DNA of 64,000 nt from Vicugna vicugna (lineage: Eukaryota). Of the stretch, positions 24,421 through 37,620 are shown one piece after another. A program made the position numbers and the translations under genes. Where the stretch lies: contig MU058781.1 of the NCBI GenBank assembly GCA_013265495.1, forward strand, positions 4,155,050 through 4,219,049, in the 5' to 3' direction. Each line of letters starts with the position of its first letter. Positions within the stretch are counted from its first letter, which is position 1. The notes beneath the pieces are model-generated. The model saw only the letters and a program-made list of their open reading frames with translations. It searched no databases and was not told where the DNA came from.

Positions 24421-26207
24421 AGGCGCAGTGATTCAAAGGAACAAAGCTGAGGCTACGCACGTCAGGATGCTGCTTGGTAGGTACTGTCTCTTCTCTCGGA
24501 CCTACCATGGCCAAGCGTTGCTTCGGCTTTTCTGCAGACTACAGCCGCCCCTTGATCATTGCGTGTGTTCCCTTCCTGGCCCAGTTATTACTTTTCCCCC
24601 CAAAATGTGGGATTGTCACTCTTTTCCCACCACTCAAGGGTCCAGGCACATTTTGATGAGGCTTTGTGTAAAGGGGGGTGTAAAGGAAAGCTTGTCCCTC
24701 ATCTGGAATCTCCCCTCCTGCTCACCTCCTCTGGGAAGCCTTCCTGGAGCCCTCGCTGGGTCTGGAGTGGTTGCCTTTGCTCTCTTACTGCACTTAGGAG
24801 CAACATGCAAAGAACGGGAGTTTCAGAGCATCACAGCCCAAGTTTGGACCCCAGTGCTAATATTTTCAGCAGTGTATCTCTGAGCCGCTTTCAGTCTATT
24901 TCCTTAAATAGAGGGGATAAAAAAAAAAACTTACTGGAGAGTAGTGGGATGATTGGGGATAATATGCATTAACATGCATGGTACCAGAATAGAAAATAAG
25001 CAAAAATGGTCACTTTCGTAAAAATTATGATAGCACTTCCCACACTGTTCTGAGCATGACGATGTTCACCTGTCCATAACCTCCTCAGGACTGTGAGCTT
25101 TTTTAGAGGCTATTTCTCTATTCCTGGACCTGGCACAGAGGAGACATTCCATAAATGCTTTTTGGATGGATGAATCAGTCAATCAATGAGAAGCACTAGA
25201 CCCATCCTGAAATAGCCTGACTTGTTTCATATGTCATGCAGCGAACTTGTTTCTTGAGACCTCGTTGAGCTTAGAGACTCCTCTAAACAACGAGGAAATT
25301 AGAAAAAAGGAACAGAAGGAATAAAGAAACTGGACTCAATATTTGGGTCCTTAAAATGCCCCATGCCCGTGGATGACGACCTAACTTACTACATGAAAAA
25401 CAAGAGGTAACTGGCTGTCTCACAGGCCAAACGTGCACAGTCCTTGCATTAACATGATAGGTGCAAAATGGAAAACAGAAACACTGCAGGTTTTTCTCTC
25501 TCCCTCAGCCCCAGGATTTCTCACTTATTGGCAGGAAAATCACTGTTTTCCTTCTAGGTACCATTCATGGGAAGCATTCGGATCTTACAGAAACTTGCAA
25601 AATGAACAACTGTTGGCATCTCCGTGGGAAGAAGAGAGAAAGTACGCAAAGCTTTGATGGAGTTTAAGCCGTAGCCCTCCTGGGACGCTCTAAATGGCTC
25701 ATAAATACAGCTGGTGGAATATTGCCTACGTGTATTTTCCACTTACCCTCACCTTTGAGTTCTGGTCTGGCCCCTTGACACTCAATACACACAGAAACAG
25801 AACTGCTGATGGATTCATCTTTCCTGCTGGTCTAAGCGTTTTTCTCCTACCAAAGTGGGGCTAGGGCTCCGGGAAGAAGTGAAATCTAGACCACTATGAA
25901 AGTAATGGGGGGGAATTTCATTTCCGGGCTTCAGGAAATACACTACGTATTTTTCTCTTTCTAGCCCCCCTAAGACATCTTGATGCAGTGCCCTGGCTGT
26001 CTCAGAGCCACGGGCTTCAGCTCACCACGAGCACCCTCTACGTTAGTTTTGTTTGAACCCCTTAAGACAAAGCCATCCCTCCAGGTAAAGGCTGGAAGTT
26101 CCACTGGAACAACAAGCCATGCTCTCCAGGGAACTGCCCTGCTCCTGCCCCACAGTGACCGTCCTGCAGCCTGGCGTGGCGAAGGGACAGGTTTTAGGTG
26201 CTGACAG

Positions 26208-26262
26208 CTTTCACCTGTGAGTATATTTCATCCCAACTTTCACCTGTGAGTATATTTCATCC
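26208..26262. repeat. Perfect two-copy tandem duplication (26-bp identity, period 29)
   Basis: ctttcacctgtgagtatatttcatcc at 26208-26233 and 26237-26262. Confidence 0.95.
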
Positions 26263-26715
26263 TAGGAAACTGGTGGTGAACCTCCACAAGTGGGGAAGGA
26301 AGGACGATTTCTACCGGAGAGGAGTCTGAACTGAGCATGCCTAATTCTCAGCGTGAAATCGGCAGCGCCGGACCGCAGCTCTGCCGTCCTGCTGCGTCTC
26401 CTCCTGGAGATGAAGAGCGCGACAACAGCTGGAGCGGAGAAAAGTCACCTCCGCTATTTGTTTTTTCTCTCTTCCTGCTCCTCCTTAGAAACTAGTATGA
26501 TTGTGATCCAAAAGATACACAGATGAATGATACGCTGCTCCCTCCACCTCAGGGTGAGGCGTGAAGTCCCAGGGAAGGCAGCAGGAAGCGTGGCTTTGGG
26601 GGAAGGGGTTGCTGGGCTTACGCAACAGGGCCTTTGCTTCTTGGGTAAGTTGCCTCCTCTCCAGGACCCAGCATCCTCCTCTTGGAAACGGCAATAATCA
26701 CATCAGCTGCAGCGC

Positions 26716-27190
26716 AGACGAGGACAGACGTCTTTCCCTCTAATGTTCAAAGTCCTTGACGAGGACCCCGGTATCAGAAGACAGATTAACTGAGAAAAGC
26801 ATGTACGTTTATTTAGTGTAAGTTTTATGCCACATGGGGGCCTTTGTAAGGAAATGAAGACTGGAAGAAACAGCTGTCCCTGGGTGTTTTTGCTGAAGAG
26901 AGGGCAGTAGTGGAAAGATGGGCTGGGACACAGGGTGTGAGTTTAGCACACTGGGGGAGACTTGGCAAGGCCTGGCGTTCCTCTCTGTGTCCCTTTGTCT
27001 CAGGAAACAAGGATGCCCCTCTCCGCCCGGTTTAGGGAGGGCACCTCTCCCATGAGGGCTTTTACGATCTACTTCAAGGGAAAGTCAGAAAGTCCCTCCT
27101 GCACTGGCCATTTGTCAAATTCCCTCAGCTTAAAGTATTCAGTAGGCCAAGGTGCCAGGTTTGGGGGGCAGCATGTCCTGAATGTCGTCA
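26716..27190 (-). mobile_element. ERV1 solo LTR (MER34-like)
   Basis: Ends 'cagcttaaagtattcagtaggccaaggtgccaggtttggggggcagcatgtcctgaa...tca', the reverse complement of the MER34-type 5' end. Confidence 0.75.
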
Positions 27191-28271
27191 CCCACGTGTC
27201 ACCCATGTGCTGTGTGGATTGAACAAGGTCATGAAAAGCCGTAGAGTCTGTTTTGCTTGGTGATGACCCTGGGGGGATCCTCAGTTATGTGAGTCCTGGT
27301 GAGGAGGCACGATTCCGGCCCCCCAGGGGAGCGGAGCCTTTCAATGGTGTGGGGACAGCTGCAAAGCCACTCGAGGGGCTGCGTCAGGAGCCCATGTCTG
27401 ACAGTGGCGAGGCCCTAACCGGAGTGATCCTGTGACAAGGTCTACACTGCATCCCCACTGCTCAGCCTTCCTTGGTTTCTGCCCATTTCCAGAGCTCAGC
27501 TTTCTAGCCTCCCATTCAGCGAACTGCAGACACACACTGTTTCAGTACTTTTCTGCTCAGAGTTAATAAACTGGTGTCTTTTGCTTGAATCCAGGAACCC
27601 TGACCATTACAGGTGTGAAGGGCACAATACAGCCAGAGCACACAGGAGGATGCTCATCAAAGCAGACACTCAGTACATGATACCTATTGCTGTTTTTAGC
27701 CTAATCGCCTGTCACCGTCCTCGGCATCCGGGATTTCACATTTGATGTTGCAGCTCTTCAGATGTCCATCATGTGTCATATTTTGCTGGGATACAAATTT
27801 AAATTACCTTTGGAAGAATACATATCAGATTATTTCTTAATTGTTTGATTTTTTTTAAACAAGGAGCATATATCATCTGTAATCACTGAACATAAATAAA
27901 TGTATCTCCATTTAGAAAAACACATGGCTTTGATTTGAATTATATAGGCTGATAGGCAACGAAGCTTTGATGATTTATGGATCTCAGAGGAATGACTAGC
28001 AGGGCCAGGTTATGAGAGAGAAATGTCTTCTGTGGTTATATTCTCCAATGGTAGTCCATGGATGGCCAGGATCTTTGGGTGGAACTGACCAACTCTAAAG
28101 AAACTTCAATGGTTAAAGAAAGAAAGTCTAAGAAAATAAACTTTAATATTCTGAATGAAGGCCTGCATTTTAATCTGTATTCAATTAATAATCTAGTAAC
28201 ACAGACACCTGGTCCATTCACAGCCTGAGTGTGTGCGGCCAGCTCCAGAGCATCTTGCAGTTAGCTGCGTC

Positions 28272-28437
28272 TTTGCCACTCAAAGAATAGTCCCCAGACC
28301 AGCAGCATCCCCATCACCAGGGAGCTTGTTAGACAGGCAGAATCTCAGGCCCCATCCACACCTACTGCATCAGAATCTGCATTTTACAAGATCCCTCCCC
28401 ACCCGGTGATTCATACGCATATTAAAGTTGGGGCAGT
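28272..28437. mobile_element. MER5A (hAT-Charlie MITE)
   Basis: 'ctcaaag...gtccccagaccagcagcatc...gggagcttgttaga...gcagaatctcaggcccc...atcagaatctgcattttacaagatccc...ggtgattcata...attaaagtt'. Confidence 0.9.
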
Positions 28438-29040
28438 TCGGATAAGCAACTGGGCCACTAAGAGCGAGAAGAAATGTCATGGCTGTTTTCGCCAAAACAG
28501 ATGGGGATAAAGTTTACAATCCATTTTCAAGTATCAGTGATTTACTCCGGGGTTCTTAACCTAGATGAGTACTGTATTCCTTAAAGAGGCAACTCAGGGA
28601 AATTTCTGTCTTACCCTCTATAAAAAAATATTTTTTTTGTATTTTTTCCCCTTCAGATTGAGGGATTGAGAGGAGGAATAACCTCTTTTCTGCTTTAGCT
28701 GCCTCTGACTCAAAATGAGAACATAAAGAAAGGGCAGCAGAGAAGATAATCTTCAATGATCTACATCCCTGAAAAGTAGTGATTTCATCTTTCGGGATGG
28801 GGCTGGGTCAGCTCAAATCTTGCTCCAGCCATTCGTTCAGGACGAGAGGTTCCTGCACCCGAAATAGATAAGTATAATGGGCAGAACGGATTAGATCCTG
28901 AGGAAGCCATTACCACGGGGTGTCAGTGAGTAAAATTAACATGTATTTTTAATAAGTCTGTAATTACTTATTCTGCAGTAGACCATATGGCCTATTCACT
29001 TCCATGGACTCAAACACTTAAGCCTTCAAACGCTGTTTAG

Positions 29041-29044
<4 letters not shown>

Positions 29045-29072
<28 letters not shown>
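29045..29072. repeat. (CA)n microsatellite
   Basis: About 14 consecutive AC units. Confidence 0.95.
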
Positions 29073-30459
29073 CTTCCCCTCAAAGAAAACAAAGGAATTG
29101 CATTTCGAACTCCACAACAGTTCCTTAAGGAGTAAAAATTTGAATTACCACCAAAGCCAGGACTTTCACACTTGTGTCTAGAAGGCACAGTGACACATTT
29201 TTGCTGTACCTTGTACCTTGGGCCCTCTCTCTCTTTAATTTGTTGACTCAATAGTCTGAGCTGAGGGCAGCCTGGCTGTGCTAAGTTTTCAGCTGTAAGT
29301 ATTGATTTCCTTGTTTCTGTGAATTTTTGCAGCAGACCTGGCATTGTTATTTAAATGGATCATCGGGTGTTTTTGTACTAGAATTCCATTAAATTGAGAA
29401 ACAACGCTCTGCTGCTTTCAAGGAGAAAATGCCTTCATTTTTCCAACTCTAGACTATAAGTATTTTCTAGTCAGGCCTTTTGAGGATAGTTTCATGAACA
29501 TACTTTTACAGCCATGCATGCATTTTATGACTTTCTTTGGGTCTTTTAAAACTGCCAATTATGCAATGCCCCTAAATATTTTTTCCCCCACTCTAAAAGG
29601 CTGCAGGAAGTCTCAACTGGCTACGGTTGCCTTAGAGGGGTTCCGCAAAAAAACTGTTATCTTGCAACACGTTCTGAGGAATGGAATAATAAATGCCAGC
29701 ATTAAGGGGACAAATCAGTCAATTTAAGATGACGGTATTTTTAAATTTCATTAACTGAATTTTTAAAAGTCAATCTGATCACTATGGAAAATTTCACCTT
29801 TTAAATAAGCAAAAGATCTAGCTAGCATTAATAAATAAGATGCAGGTCTCCCAGACTCACAGCCTCTCCATGTCAGTGCTTGAGTTGGAAATTTAGAGGA
29901 ATTATCTGCAATTTTGGAAACGTCCATTCGAGAGAAGACCCGGCAGATAAGATCTTCATTTACCTTTCTTCAGTTTTTTTTTCTTTAATTTAATTTTTTA
30001 AATTGTAGTTTAGTTAATTTACAATGGAGGAGAAGGGGGAGGAAAATACTAGATCCTTTCATCATGTTGTTAAAAACCGCACACTTTAAATTTTTCTAGT
30101 TCCCTGTGCAGTTTACACATGAGCTCAATATGGTAGCAATAGTACATGCCTGTCGTTTGTAAATACATGCATATTTGAGAGTGCAGTGACAATTGCTTTA
30201 GGAAGGTCACCCCGGCTGAAGCATATGACAGCATGAGACGTGGACTGGAGGGCAGCAAGGGTGGAGGCAAGGAGACTAGTAAAGAAGCTGTTGTGCTGAT
30301 GGAAGTAGAAATGGCAATGGCGTGACCCGGAATCACGGCACTGAGGATGGCAGGAAGTGTCTAAGGATGAAGCAGGCGGTAACGTCACCTCGTGCCTACC
30401 CGTGTGACACTATTCCATCAGAACCCTCAGCGCCCACAAGCCAGTGGACAGATCAGGAG

Positions 30460-30670
30460 TCTAAAGAGCACCAGATGTCAGAAGATCCAGGCATGAAGTC
30501 CTGGTTCCCTCACTTGATGTGTGATTTGGGCAAATTGTTTACATCCTGCGCCTTTGTTTCCTCAGCCATCAAAATGGGGCTGTTGCGACATGGCCTCACT
30601 ACCTCCTGCAGCGATCACAGTGCCCACTGGAATAGCACATAAGAGGTGATTTTGAAAACGGTGCAGCACT
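30460..30670 (+). mobile_element. MIR SINE
   Basis: 'tgtgtgatttgggcaaattgtttacatcct...tttgtttcctcagccatcaaaatggg'. Confidence 0.7.
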
Positions 30671-31739
30671 AGACACACGACAGGTGTTGCTCCATCTGCA
30701 TCAGTATTTCATGAGAGGAAGAGCGCATGGGGGCTGTGTTTCCCAGTGTGAATTGTCAGGCCCCAACCCTGATTCTCACATGGGAAGCAGACTACCCTGG
30801 TACTTAGCAACAGACAGCATCATGTGTCGAAAATAGGTATTAACGGATCGGGAGATTATGCCCTTTCCTGCCTGGGGAGGGCTGAGACTCAGTTTCCTTA
30901 TCTGTAAATGGGGCAGAATGGCCTCTGTCCTGCCTGCGTCTCCACTTAACCCCACGGAGTCATGAACACACACTGAGCTGGGCTGGAGAACTCGGCCTCA
31001 GCTCTGCCTTTCCCACAACTTCCCTGGGTGACCTCTAACAAGTCCCTTTCCTTATCTGCAAAGTGTGCGTGATTTGTAAGACCTTTCGGTTATGAAATAT
31101 CATTATTCCACTAAAAGTGAGTGATGCGGTGAAATACAGAGCACATTTTGTGATGATTATGAGTTAATTTTTTTCTGTCTTGCCTGGTTGGGGGTGGAGA
31201 AAGGGATGAAGAGGTTGAAGGGGGAATAAAAAGTTTACCACTCGAATTATCTGCACATTAACCAAGCCATGGAAAATAGAAGAAGCTGTGAAGATTTTCT
31301 CAGTATGCAGAGCCACCAGGCAATCAGTGACAATAAAATTGTGAATTCAGCAATTCCATGCTGTGTTTTAATTTTCTGGCACTGGTGTGCCCATTATTTA
31401 AGCATGCATTTGAGCTGGTGCCAGCCTGCCCCTTTTCACCACGGCAAGAAAGGGGTGCTGAGACACCGCACTGCACGCCAGCAGGTCCAGGGCTCCCGCA
31501 AACCCTGCCACTCTCGAAGGGTCAGGAAAGTGAGGTGTCACAGCAGACTTATAAATGGCAAAAGGAAGCTGGGGGAGAGTTGGAGACAAAAATAAAGAGA
31601 GTGAAAGAGAAGAACTGTTAGAAACACTGGAAAAGAATTAAGAGGAGGAAGCAGAGAAGGTCATGGTTGTAAGGGCTGTTTCACAGACAGCATGAAAGGG
31701 AGAAACTGGATGTCAGAATAAGGAGTGAGAAGAGGATGG

Positions 31740-32562
31740 AAGATGGGAGTGTTTCAGATCCCTTTGTCTTCTCTGGTCAAGGATGCAGTTGGTTGATACC
31801 TCCAGCTGCGGGAACTTTGCACCTGTCACAGCGTTTGAACTGAGGCTCTGCCTGAACAGCTTCCAGCCAATGGCGGGGTCTAGGGTTTTTGCCCAGCGTG
31901 AACCCTGCCCCAGAGCTCCCTGCTGGGCTGGCTGAGACGTTCTCAGAGGTGCCTTTCCATGGAGACTCTTCCTACCCAATCTTCCTTCCTTCCCACTATG
32001 GTGGTTTGTTTTATTTGTCAACCTGGCTGGGTCATAGTATCCAGTTACGTGATCAAACACTAATCTAGATGGTGCTGTGAAGGTACTTGGTACATGAGGT
32101 TAATGATCTATAATGAGTTGACTTTAAGCAAAGAAGATGACCTTCTGCAATATGGTTTGGGCCTCATACAATCAGTTGAGCACCTTAAAGAGGAAAAACT
32201 GAGGTGTCCTGGAAAAGAAGGAATTCTGCCTCAAGACTACAGCATCACTTTCTGCTAGCGCTTCCAGCTTGCTGGCCTGTCCTACAGATTTCAGACATGT
32301 CAGTCCTCCCCAAATCACAAGTCAATTCCTTAAAAATAAGTCTCTTTAAATAGATACAAAGGATATATATATATAATTCATTCTGTTTCTCTGGAGAACC
32401 CTGACTCTCTTCTTAAACAAGTATCAGACCTATATTTGGAAGCCTAAATTTCCCTACTCACTCCTGCCTCCTCTGCCCTTTATCTTTCATGTGTTACCCC
32501 CCAAAATCTCTTGGACTCTAACTCCACCGGACCCTCTACTTCCTGAAGAAGCCAACCACACA
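31740..32562 (+). mobile_element. ERVL LTR16-like element interrupted by an MLT2 LTR
   Basis: 'cttccagccaatg...cagagctccctgctgggctggctgagac...cttcctacccaatc' resumes after 32406 with 'cctgcctcct...cctttatctttca...aaatctcttg...tctaactcca'. Confidence 0.7.
31997..32406 (+). mobile_element. ERVL solo LTR (MLT2D-like)
   Basis: 'tgtcaacctggctggg...tcaaacactaatctagatggtgctgtgaaggta...gttgactttaag...aattctgcctcaagact...ttctgtttctctggagaaccctgact'. Confidence 0.9.
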
Positions 32563-33567
32563 GTACCAGGCTTCATTTACACTTTCCAGACTATAGCCTC
32601 ATTTTTATTTTAGAAAACCTGGGCATGATTCATAAGAGCCACAGGATCTTCTAACACTTGAGTGGGAGGAAAAGAAGTTGAAGAAATATAATGTAAAAAG
32701 AGAAATAAAAGGAAAGTCAAAGACCAAGAGAAATGTGGGGTCACAGTTAGTAGACACATAAAGGAAACTGTCTTTCTAAAAAATGTGGCAATGTCAGATT
32801 TGGATGTTTTGTTAAATAGAGTATCTCCCAAGTGCTTTTTGCAAGCAGTGGATTGGGAAGACACCAGACAGGGAAGCAGAGGAACAGAAAAACACACACT
32901 GGCGTTTGTCTCATATTTGCTTTTGCTTATTGGAGAATTCATTGAAAATGTGCATTTCCTCTTTGCCAATTGCCATCTCTTCAATTACCTTACTTAAGAA
33001 CACACACAGAAATAGTATTCATCACATCTGCTTCAATTTCCTCCCCAACTTTTATGGATTCCTCTGCTTGGCTTCTTAACAAAATGATGCCAAATCGTAG
33101 AAACGTCTGCTGTTTCACAGCTGATTTTTTTCCTCGGTTGCTTTACTTGTGGTTTATAGAGAGAGAGTAACCGGGATAGGTCGATTCCAGGGACCATCCG
33201 AGGTGATGTATGTGACACAGTGAGGGGGTGAAGACAATGCGGCTGGAGCAGCCCGCCGTACCAGGCTAGGGAGGAAATGGCAAGTGCTAATTAAAGCAGC
33301 GGTACCTGTATCCTTGCATGATATCACCTGACAGCCTCTGAAGCTGGATTTTCATTTCTGAACTTGTGCTGACGTCCATTAAGTCTGAAGATCTCCCATT
33401 CATTCTTTCATCCATTTCCTGGACAGTAGTTAACTCAGGGTCCACAGGTGCTAGGCAAGGTGCTAGGTACCAGGGAAGTGATGGTGAGGTAAACAGCATC
33501 CTTGCCTCCTCATGAGCCTTCCGGTTCTATTGGTTGGTGAACACTTATTAGACTGAAGTAGAATATT

Positions 33568-34960
33568 AATTCTAAGAGTTTTTTTGGTGGAGTTTTTAGA
33601 AGTTTCTATGTATGTTACCTGCAATCAGAGATAACTGTACGTCTTCCTTTCAGATTTGAGTCTTTTATTTCTTTTTCTTGCCTCATTGCTTTGGCTAGGA
33701 CTTCTTGTAGTATGTTGAATAGTAGTGGTGAGAGTGGGTACCTTTTTCTTGTTCCTGATCTTAGAGGAAAAATTTTCAACCTCTGACCATTGAGTATGAT
33801 GTTAGCTGGGGCTTGTCATATATGGCCTTTCTTATGTTGACGTATGTTCCTTGCATCCTCAATTTATGGAGAGCTGTTATCATGAAGTAATGTTGAATTC
33901 TGTCAAATTCTTTTTCTGCATCTATTGAGATGATCACATGGTTTTTATCTTTTATTCTATTAATGTGATGCATCACATTTATTGATTTATATATGTTGAA
34001 CCATTCTTGCATCCCAGGAATAAATCCCACTTGTTCATAGTGTTTGATCCTTTTAATATGCTGTTGAATTTGTTTTGCTAGTGTTTTGGAGAATTTTTGC
34101 ATCTATATTCATCAGGGATATTGACTTGTAGTTTTCTTTTCTTGTAGTTTCCTTATCTGGTTTTGGTATCAGCACAGTGCTGGCCGTGTAAAATGAGTTT
34201 TGGAGTGTCCCTTTCTCTTTAATTTTTCGGAAGAGTTAAAGAAGTATTGACATTACTTCTTTAAATCTTTGGTAGAATTCACCAGTGAAGGTATCTAGTC
34301 CTGCGCTTTTCTTCATTGAAAAGTTTTTGTTTCACTCTTCTTACTCACTATTGATCTGCTCAGATTTTCTGTTTCTTCATGATTCAGTCTTGGTAGATTG
34401 TATGTTTCTAGGAATTTATTCATTTCCTTTAGGTTGTCCAATTTTGGGGGATAAAACTGTTCTTAGTCTCTTATAATTCTTTCTATTTCTATGATTGCCA
34501 GTTGTAATGTTTCATTTTTGACTTATGAACTTATTCATTTGAGTCCTCTCTCTTTTTTCTTGATAAGTCTAGCTAAAGATCTGTCAATTTTATCTTTTCA
34601 AAAAATAAACTTAGTTTTGTTGATCTTTTCTATTGTTTTCTATTCCTTATTTAATTTATTTCTGCTCTGATCTTTATTATCCCCCTTCCTTTTTATAACT
34701 TTGAACTTAGTTTTTTCTTCTTTCTCTAGGTCTCTGAGGTGGAAAATTAGGTTGTTTATTTGCAATCTCTTTTTTCTTAATGTAAGTGTTAATCACTATA
34801 AACTTCCTTCTTAGAGCTGCTTTTGCTATATTCCATACATTTTGGCATGTTATGTTTTCACTTTCATTTGTTTCAAGATTTTTAAAATTTCTTGACTCAC
34901 TGTTTGTTCAGCAGTATTGCTGTTCACTTTTTATGTGCAAATTTCCGATGTTTTTCTTAC
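33568..34960 (-). mobile_element. L1 internal fragment, decayed ORF2 (linker and start of the reverse transcriptase)
   Basis: ORF 33776-34102 translates to '[61 protein letters not shown]', classic L1 ORF2p. The frame is broken on both sides. Confidence 0.97.
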
Positions 34961-34964
34961 AGTA

Positions 34965-35345
34965 GAGTCATACTGCAGATAATATTTTGTTAACTTGATA
35001 TTTGCACTTGGTCACGTACTGTATGAATTATTCCAAGATAATATATGTGTATATATTTCTCTATAACAGCATTCTGAATTGTTATATCATATTCCGTTGC
35101 CTGAATATACCACTGTTTTTCAACCAATCCTCTGTTAATGACATTGAAAGAGTTTCCTAAGTATCCGCATTATAAACAAGTCTACACTAAACGTCTTTAG
35201 TTATATATCTTTGTCCATTTGTCCAAATATTTCCCTCTGATAAATTCCTAGGAAGGGAGCTACTAGGTCAATAGGTGTTCACATGTTTAAAAGGCTTTTG
35301 ATGCCTATTGATAAGATGCTTTTCAGGAAAATATACCAATTAACA
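34965..35345 (-). mobile_element. Old L1 (L1ME-like) 3' fragment
   Basis: 'atattccgttgcctgaatataccac...aaccaatcctctgttaatgacatt...taaattcctaggaaggg...ctaggtcaataggt'. Confidence 0.7.
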
Positions 35346-35658
35346 CAAGTGCTATTATTTTAATAGCACATATTTATCAGCTTGTATTGGTTCCATATGT
35401 TAGTAAATAACTCAGAATTCTCTATTTCCAAAATTAAGCTTGGAAGAAAAATGTTGTTCATTCTGTGGCAGTAAGAAGAATTAAAAAAACAGCTTAATCC
35501 TATCCCCTTGGCTTTGAAGAAAATGCTCTTTATGGACCTTTTTTTAAAAGTAAGACTATTTCTCTTCACTGATGCTCCAGTCTACTATACAATGGACACT
35601 GCTTTACCTAAGAGTAAAGAGATATAAGAAGCAGATGATTTCTTAAAGAATATATGTA

Positions 35659-36177
35659 TGTTGATGGGGTTCAGAACACACTACCCCCAAATATGGCAAC
35701 TTGGCATGCTGAGCATTTTAAGCTGAAGGTCATAGAAACAGAAAATGCTGGAAGCATTCTCTGACTTCTCCCCTCTCCCCTGAAGCAGGTCATAAGACCC
35801 TCATGTGGCAGCTGCCCTCTCTGTACCTGAAGTAAAGAGCATCCTTATCTCCAAAGATGGAGGGACCCTGAAGGGACCCCAAATGAAAAGGCCTTGCTAA
35901 GTTTACCCCTGTTTACTACCCGTAGCTCATACTCTCTTCTCCTATAATGTTTTCCCACAACTACCCACTCTTCATCAAACCTAGAATAAACCCTCACTGG
36001 TTTAACCATTTCTTCAGGTCTTCATCTCCTTAAGAAGGCTCCTGTGTCATGTAAAACTCATATGGAATACATTTGTATGTTTTTCTCTTCCTAATCTTTC
36101 TTTTGTTGGTCTAATTTACAAGTCCCCAGCTGGAGAATCAAGGAGGGAAGGAGGAAAAGACATTTCCCCCCCTTACA
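35659..36177 (+). mobile_element. ERV1 solo LTR (MER34-like), full length
   Basis: TG...CA termini, 'ggggttcagaacacactacccccaaatatggcaacttggcat...ttttaagctgaagg', and a 4-bp TSD tgta (35655-35658 and 36178-36181). Confidence 0.85.
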
Positions 36178-37149
36178 TGTATATAAAAAGAGTTGATGTC
36201 CTTAATGTTTGAGGACCGGCAGGCTGAGTGAAGTGCAGAGATAGGATAACTAGATACCTCAGTTCTGGAATCCACACATTCAATACTTTTTCAGTATAGA
36301 TTCTCCAGTCACCTGTACTGCAGACTTCCGTCAACCCAGATCATAGAAACTCCACCGCCACTCTTACACCAGGCTGGCACTCACCTCAGTTGACATGAAT
36401 ACCGTTCTCGCAGCTAGATACTGTCGACACCGAACTTCCCAGCCTCCACCGGCCAGCGGAAACACACACCACGCGGCTAACTGGAAGGATCACCTTGACT
36501 TTGTCGTGAAAGTCACAAAAGTGATTTTGTTAATGACTCAGCACTTTTGATCAATGACAATCAGAGGCTCGATAAATGTTTGTTGCACTGAATCGCTCAA
36601 TGTTAATTGTCTGTCTCATCCTTAGGTGCTCACTTTGTAAGCATAAATGGGATTGACAAACTGACATTTTTATTCATGGGTACCTAACAAGATGGAAACC
36701 AAAGGAAGCAGAAAGAGAAGTGTGGTTAGGTGCCAACTTTGTTAATGTCCATCAGGGGGCCAGAGGGGAGGAGGGAAAAAAAGAGATCGATGCATCCGAG
36801 CAGACGGCTAGCGCAGCTTATGAACTGCAGCCCTGTCTGCCCTCCACTCACAGCAACCGCACACATTTCCTGGGAGTCGGGAACAGTCACAGCGCACACA
36901 GCGATTTCAAGGCAGGACTCGCCTGGAGGTGAAGTGACTTCTGCCCCCGTGACGCCTTACTTCTAAGCTGTCTTTGCACACCTTTTTAAACACTATCACC
37001 AATGTGCCAATTAAAAACCTGGTTTGCAGTGGGACAATAGGATAGAACATGGGTTTCATTCTTTCCCAACGGAACAAAAGCAATGGCTTTGCTTCTCGAG
37101 CTCCAGGGACAATGAGCCTTTTTTGAATGGTCCCTGCCACCATACACTT

Positions 37150-37620
37150 CCCCACTATAGTCAGCGGCTAGACAGGTAACAAAAGGGGAGCAAATGGTAA
37201 TGAATCAGAATTTGCACAGTTTAGCGGATCTGGGGCGAGGGAGGGCTCTCCAAAGAACAGCAGAGTGACCCGTTCCATTTGTGTCACTTGTTAACTAAAA
37301 TTGTCAGTGACTTTTGGAACAATTACTGCCTCCCTGACACCAAAAACCTACACAGCACAATAACTCTTAAGCCTTCCCCCTCTGCATTATTAATCACATT
37401 CACGATGCCTTACTTAGCAGGTTACAATGTTAGCCGACTGCTGGACTCTCTGCAGCGAACAAATTAAAGAGGCTCGCTCCGCTCCATGCCTATTCACTCA
37501 ACCTATTCATCCTCCCTAAATGCTTCTCCACTTCAAATTGGCATTTCGGCCAGGTTGCATATATATATATTTTAACAGCCATCTTACAGGTCAATAATGT
37601 TAAACTCTTACCCATGACAA
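37150..37620. promoter_or_regulatory. Putative conserved non-coding element
   Basis: Unique block with SOX-like (aacaat, acaatg), TGACA/TGTCA (MEIS/TALE-like) and TAAT motifs. Confidence 0.35.

Noticed and set aside
33776..34102. 108-aa ORF with reverse-transcriptase similarity as a gene or novel RT system
   Set aside because: It is a typical L1 ORF2 fragment within a frameshifted, truncated L1 copy.
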